DNA of 64,000 bases from Phallusia mammillata (taxonomy: Eukaryota): NCBI GenBank assembly GCA_965637545.1, contig OZ281500.1, forward strand, positions 8,804,001 to 8,868,000, written 5' to 3'. The position numbers and the translations under genes were made by a program. Positions within the stretch are counted from its first letter, which is position 1. Each line of letters starts with the position of its first letter. Below the pieces are notes generated by a model. That model was not told the origin of the DNA and did not search any database. It saw only the letters and a list, made by a program, of their open reading frames with translations. Of this stretch, positions 58,625 to 64,000 are shown in pieces.

Positions 58625-61600
58625 ATGGAGGTTTGTGTTTATTTTTTATGGGCAACATCACTAAACTGACTTGAAACATAAATTAAACAATTTCTTAAGC
58701 TTGTAACTACTAAGTTTTATCAAAATTATTTATTTATTTTAGGATATACCAAAGCATTCCATGCACACATTGGTGTTTCGAAGTCTAAAGAGAACACATG
58801 ACATGTTTATATCTGACCAAGGTGCTGCGTTACCTGACAATGAAGCTGCGTAAGTAATATTTTAATATTTTTTTCAAGCAAAACTTAATAAACTTTTAAA
58901 TGCATGCATGTTTATATTTTTTGTTATGGTTAGGTCAAGAATAGGTAGAAAAATAAAAGCACTTTCAGAGTATGGACCTGTTTTACATTTGGCAAAAATG
59001 CAGATGAAACAAAGTGCAAAGCAGGATCAAATACAAAATGGACGCTCAGAAAGTAAGTCTGAAAATTGGGTTTGGGTAAAATTGTTTAAATTCAAACAAT
59101 ATGCGAAAGTTAGATCCATTGTTATTAAATATATGTTTAAATCAATAATTTTTGATTTACAGGTACACAGCTTGCCATTATGCCTGCAGATTCAACTTCT
59201 GATGGTGCGGCGAAAACAAACACCAGGTAGAAAATCTTTTGTGTAAAACTTGAATAAAACTGACACCATGTATACATTTAGTTCTGTGAAACACCAACCC
59301 GGAACACAAGACATCAAAAATGTTCAAGAAAACAACAGAGCATTACTAGCAGCGAACACTCGACCAATTGCCCCAAGGAAAGCACAGATTATGCCAAAAC
59401 CCAGATGGCATGCACCATGGAAACTTTATCGGGTACATATGGGACTTTAGTGTGTGTTGCTGGTTGCAAAATCGCAAGTAACAAATGTTGACACTTTTTA
59501 CTTTATAGGTTATAAGTGGTCATTTGGGATGGGTACGGTGCATTGCTTTTGAGCCTGGAAATGAATGGTTTTGTACAGGTTCCAATGATAGAACTATTAA
59601 GGTAGTTAAAATGACCTTTGCCAAAACCATCATTGTTGTGAATTATAAATCAAAGTTCAACTTTTTTAGATTTGGGACCTTGCCAGTGGCAAATTAAAAC
59701 TGTCTCTAACTGGTCATATTAGTTCTGTCAGAGGTCTTACTGTTAGTGACAGAAACCCTTACTTATTTTCATGTGGAGAAGACAAGCTTGTCAAATGTTG
59801 GGATTTAGAACAAAACAAGGTAAAATGTTGTTTTATATGTGTCAGCAAAAAGAATCCTGTTAAACAGGCATTTCATGTTATCTTGTATTGTTATAGGTGG
59901 TTAGACATTACCATGGCCATCTTAGTGCATGTTATGGAATTGACCTACATCCAACAATTGACATTTTAGTGACATGTGGAAGAGATTCTGTTGCAAGGGT
60001 GGGTGCTTTTAACGACCCTACAAGCTAAATTTGTAGTTCTGATGTTACATCTCTGTGTTGCTTAGGTGTGGGACATGAGGACAAAATCAAACATTATGAC
60101 ACTCTCTGGCCACACAAACACAGTGGCTGATGTTAAATGTCAAGCTGCTGTTCCAGAGGTGAGATTGCTTTAATGTGTTTCTAATCATATGATGGAAACA
60201 TAGTTGAATTGTGTAGTCCAGGGGTGGGGAACCTTTTTGTTTATAAAGGCCGCCAAACGGTTTATCGACACTCGTTTAGGCCGCATAGACTATTTGCCAG
60301 GCCAAGGACAGTGGTGTTCAAACTTTTTGACTTACAGACTGGTGGATGTGCTATTGAACTTACGGTCCAAGCTAAATAAAATTCCTCCCTACATTTCAAC
60401 CCTCACTACAACATTCGGGATTTTATTAATGTAGAAACATGCTTGTTTACCAATATTAATCTAAGAGCAGCTTGTGACATCACAGACAAGTTTAAGACAT
60501 TCGATTATGCGCAAACAATTGTTCTTTTGCAACACAAGTAATATTGTATGTAGAACCTGGGTCTCTTGGCAGACCTACGGAAATCGCTTTGTGTACCAGT
60601 ATGCACCACTTGGCTCTAGTTTGAAAACAGCTGCCCTAGAACCAATCAAATAGTAATGTGGAATAAAGGAAAAAAATACGTTTCTGTCTAGTTTTTAGTG
60701 CCTGGTGCACGGTGAATTATCTACATCCTAAAAGGTATTCTGACATCGAAGGCCGCACTTAGTGCCCTAAAAGGCCGCATGCGGCCTTTGGGCCGCAGGT
60801 TCCCCACCCCTGGTGTAGTCACTTACATCAAAAATAAAGATTGAAAACATAACATGTTCTACAACAAATTTTATTCAGGTGATTACTGCATCTCATGATT
60901 GCACAGTGCGCTTATGGGATTTGGCTGCTGGAAAGAGCAGATCCGTTTTGACAAACCACAAGAAAAGTGTTCGCTCCATTGCCCTTCATCCAACACAGTA
61001 AGCATTTATATTTCCTTTATTTGGCCTAGTTTGCTTGCATGATTTGTTGGTCACATAAATTGTGTAATAAATCTTAGAAAAGTTGTATCAAACTGTTCAG
61101 TAGCAAACAGCCAAACACACTGGACCTTTGGGCCGAGCATTTTGAGGAATATCTTTATTGGGAAAATCCCCTGACAAATACAGTGACGTTTCAGATTTCC
61201 TCCGCGCGGCGGAAACTGAAAACGCAAACATTTACAGTTGAAATCAAACATTATCTTTAGGCCTCAGATTCCCAGCAGTTAAACGGACTCGTAAAACCTT
61301 TTCTGTTGTTTTTAGGTACACGTTTGCCAGCGGGGCACCCGATAATATCAAGCAATGGAAGTTTCCCGATGGCGATTTTATACAGAATTTGTCCGGTCAT
61401 AATGCTATTGTTAATTGTTTGGCACTAAATACCGACGGCGTTCTGGTTTCAGGAGGTAGGAGTACTTGGAAAAACGCATATTTTGGGAGACGCCCCAACC
61501 TTGCTTTGTTATTTTGTTCCGAAATAACTTTCGGGTGGAAATCGTTTTCGTTCTGTTTTTTTGTTGTTAATTTTATAGGCAAAATTTACACATCCGCTTT

Positions 61601-62444
61601 TCGATTTAGTCCCTGTATAACAAAAACGGGCTTTAGTCCACGTGTAAACAAATTACAGTTAGTTGCGCAAAATTCTAGATTCACTATGTACCATGTCCTC
61701 AAGTGATAAACACCGAATGAGAATCATAAAGTAGTTTTGTCGCGAAAACTGCTCCCCACCTAGTTTATTGTAGTTTATGACTCCGTTCCATGTCCACGTT
61801 AGAGTTGCAACCGGGCCCGATCCCGAATCGTTTTAAGAAGCCCGCGTTCAAGTTTGAAAGAAAGGCATATAAAAAGAAGAAATGCACAATAGACAATAAC
61901 GTAAACAAGCCTTTTTAAAGCTGTTAGGCGTAAGGTTTAGCCCAGTAACTAGCTGCTAGATAATTTATATTTTAAACAATAACGGACACATAATGTGAAA
62001 TCAGTCCTGAATTTAAGGCTGTTTGTTGAATACCCGAACCCGGTCCGACGTACAACTCAGGTCGACGCTAATACCAGTGCTCAAATCCCCACCGTTAACT
62101 GACCTATATTGTATAAAGCTGACAACGGCACGATCCATATGTGGGACTGGCGAACGGGATACAACTTTCAACGTACGAAAGCCCCAGTGCAGCCTGGATC
62201 CCTTGATAGCGAGAGCGGAGTGTTTGCGATGGCTTTCGACAAGAGCGAGAGTCGATTAATCACGTGCGAAGCCGACAAAACCATTAAAATCTACAAAGAA
62301 GATGACGAAGCGGTAAGCAGCACCAGTATTTGTATCACCAAAATGGTGAAATTTCGTCAAAATTGTGTTTTGTTTATCTCGTAGAGTGAAGAAACTCATC
62401 CCGTACAGTGGAAACCTGAAATCCTGCGCAAGAAACGCTTCTGA
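58625..62444 (+). CDS. PLRG1: Pleiotropic regulator 1 (Prp46/PRL1, NTC spliceosome WD40 protein), 465 aa
   Basis: Exons 58625-58630, 58743-58849, 58934-59052, 59163-59226, 59282-59432, 59509-59601, 59670-59819, 59897-59998, 60066-60158, 60879-60997, 61316-61455, 62119-62312, 62385-62444 total 1398 nt. Motifs: [70 protein letters not shown]. Confidence 0.96.
60219..60812. mobile_element. Non-autonomous hAT (Buster/Charlie-type) MITE in a PLRG1 intron
   Basis: Perfect 16-bp TIR CAGGGGTGGGGAACCT; exact 8-bp TSD GTGTAGTC with central TA; GGCCGC subterminal repeats. Confidence 0.92.
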
Positions 62445-62845
62445 GGAGAAATGTATTTTTACGCATTCTTTCCATTGGAAATGCCAGTCGCTGGAGTGAC
62501 GTTTTACGGCCACCTTACAAACTTTACAAGCCTAATGTTGTGCGACATGTTTGAGTGACAGTTGGGTTCAAACTTTTGTGGTCGTATATTGCACTGTCAT
62601 TGTGGGGGAGGTCAACAATTTCCCGATCCTGGTAATCGTTGGTTAGGGGACAATTGACCTAACATTGATGACATTAGCCCATGTCTATAAAATCACTTTG
62701 TGAATACCAAATACCGTACATTTGTTTTATTACAATATCTTGGCGACGCCCAGCAAATACCGCGTTTTACGTGCAGTCGTTAAGCAGTGTCAGTTCCAGT
62801 TCAAAAAACTCATTCCACATTCTTTTTTACTTGCGTAATCCTGTG

Positions 62846-64000
62846 TTAGTTGATGATGGTGCAAGTGCGACAGGCCATTCGACCCTCCTTCAGGTTAAGC
62901 GAGGCAAACAAAAGGCGAATCATCCAGTGGTAGTTGTTAATAAACGCTAGAGGTGGGTTGGTGTTTTGAGACTTCAATTCATCATCCCACCTATTTAAAA
63001 ACTCTGCTTTATCCGTGGTATCCGCCGGCTGTTCTTGAACCTGTGCCACCAATGCTATCCGTACCTTGTTGGTAACGTTTTGGCATGCGTGTTGACGCTG
63101 TCCATTTTTAGTCTGCTTTTGTGATTGCTTTCGACGGTTAATACAGCGAATGCATTTTGGTAAACAACGCTGACCTGCGTCGCCCTTGCCCTGCAGATGT
63201 CTGTACTTGGCTTGGGTTTTATTTCCGTTGACTATTAACTGTCTATAGTCGAGAATATTTGCGGGCCATTGTGCATCTTCAGCAACCAAGTCACACAAAT
63301 TAGTTTGAATCGGGATCGAGCCCACAATTTCGCGAAAGTGAAACAAATAGTCACGCCCTTCAATAGGTTTCGGAGGACTCATTTTCAAATTCCATTTTTT
63401 GCTAGGTATATGAGGCACAAAGAATACAGTTTTTGAACCCGCATTATAGCTTGGATTTAGTTTCGTGTCCGGTTTTGGGGCTTTAGTTGTTCTCAACCGT
63501 AATTGTTCGCAAGATGATTTCTCTGCAATGTTTGCAAATAAATTTTTGCTCTTTAAGTCTTGCTCTTTGGATTTCTTACACAGCTGAAGCGTTTCTTCAG
63601 CATCATGATTATTACTTTCCATATTGATATGGATCCGTGCAGGACGCTTTACACCTCTTCGGAGCATAGACATAACTTTCGTATGAAGCCGGTGCATGGC
63701 CGTACGACTGTCAATACACTCTGATACGCCGTTATTGCTTTTGCCTGGCTTCCAACATCGACCCGGAGGCGAGTATAGTGGCTTTCCGGCCTTGTAGTCC
63801 ATGAGTAGTTTTGTAATTCCCACCGGTTCTTCGTTAGCTTTAAAAGCACGAAAACAGCGTGGGTCTGTAGCTGAGGCTCTAACTACAGCTGCAAACGTAG
63901 GTTTTGTCTCTTCACTGCCAGTATTCTTTTCTTGCGTAAGAGAACACTGCGTGTGATCCCAAATCGATTTTAGGGTAGTCAATCGACGTTGCTCTGGGCT
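62846..64000 (-). CDS. Large terminal exon of an unidentified protein (over 378 aa, K/S/N-rich), 5' part outside the window
   Basis: Frame is open from the window edge to TAA at 62846, convergent with PLRG1. A possible donor AAG|GTACGG at 63065 means the true 3' structure may differ. Confidence 0.6.
   Translation of the reverse strand, partial: SPEQRRLTTLKSIWDHTQCSLTQEKNTGSEETKPTFAAVVRASATDPRCFRAFKANEEPVGITKLLMDYKAGKPLYSPPGRCWKPGKSNNGVSECIDSRTAMHRLHTKVMSMLRRGVKRPARIHINMESNNHDAEETLQLCKKSKEQDLKSKNLFANIAEKSSCEQLRLRTTKAPKPDTKLNPSYNAGSKTVFFVPHIPSKKWNLKMSPPKPIEGRDYLFHFREIVGSIPIQTNLCDLVAEDAQWPANILDYRQLIVNGNKTQAKYRHLQGKGDAGQRCLPKCIRCINRRKQSQKQTKNGQRQHACQNVTNKVRIALVAQVQEQPADTTDKAEFLNRWDDELKSQNTNPPLAFINNYHWMIRLLFASLNLKEGRMACRTCTIIN

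Noticed and set aside
61189-61221. Hairpin TTTCAG-A-TTTCC...GGAAA-CTGAAA as a Helitron end or snoRNA
   Set aside because: No CTRR terminus downstream and no C/D or H/ACA boxes in the right arrangement.

Overview
AT-rich, intron-containing animal genomic DNA with short GT-AG introns (55 bp to about 1.5 kb). A tunicate/ascidian origin is my inference from compactness and chordate-like housekeeping genes, not something the sequence proves. Genes I could rebuild exon by exon with consistent splice phases: PWP2 (+, 5' end outside the window), SUZ12 (-), a mitochondrial-clan cytochrome P450 (+), three paralogous 7-exon secreted-protein genes (-) and PLRG1 (+). A long unassigned ORF (-) runs off the right edge. 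The three paralogues each combine a signal peptide, several Cys modules resembling degenerate trefoil/P-domains, a Tyr/Pro-rich variable linker and four TSP1 repeats. Two of them arise from a near-identical ~11.4 kb tandem duplication (34564-46034 and 46045-57451, joined by a 10-nt A9T filler). The duplicated unit also carries an orphan intronless ORF, a hAT MITE and a candidate small membrane-protein gene whose upstream start codon differs between copies. Three non-autonomous hAT MITE families have intact 8-bp target-site duplications. Regions 14.3-21 kb and 23.8-28 kb contain exon-like segments I could not resolve. The best candidate for an undescribed system is the expanding trefoil-like/TSP1 secreted gene array. 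All homology calls come from recalled motifs; no database search was run.
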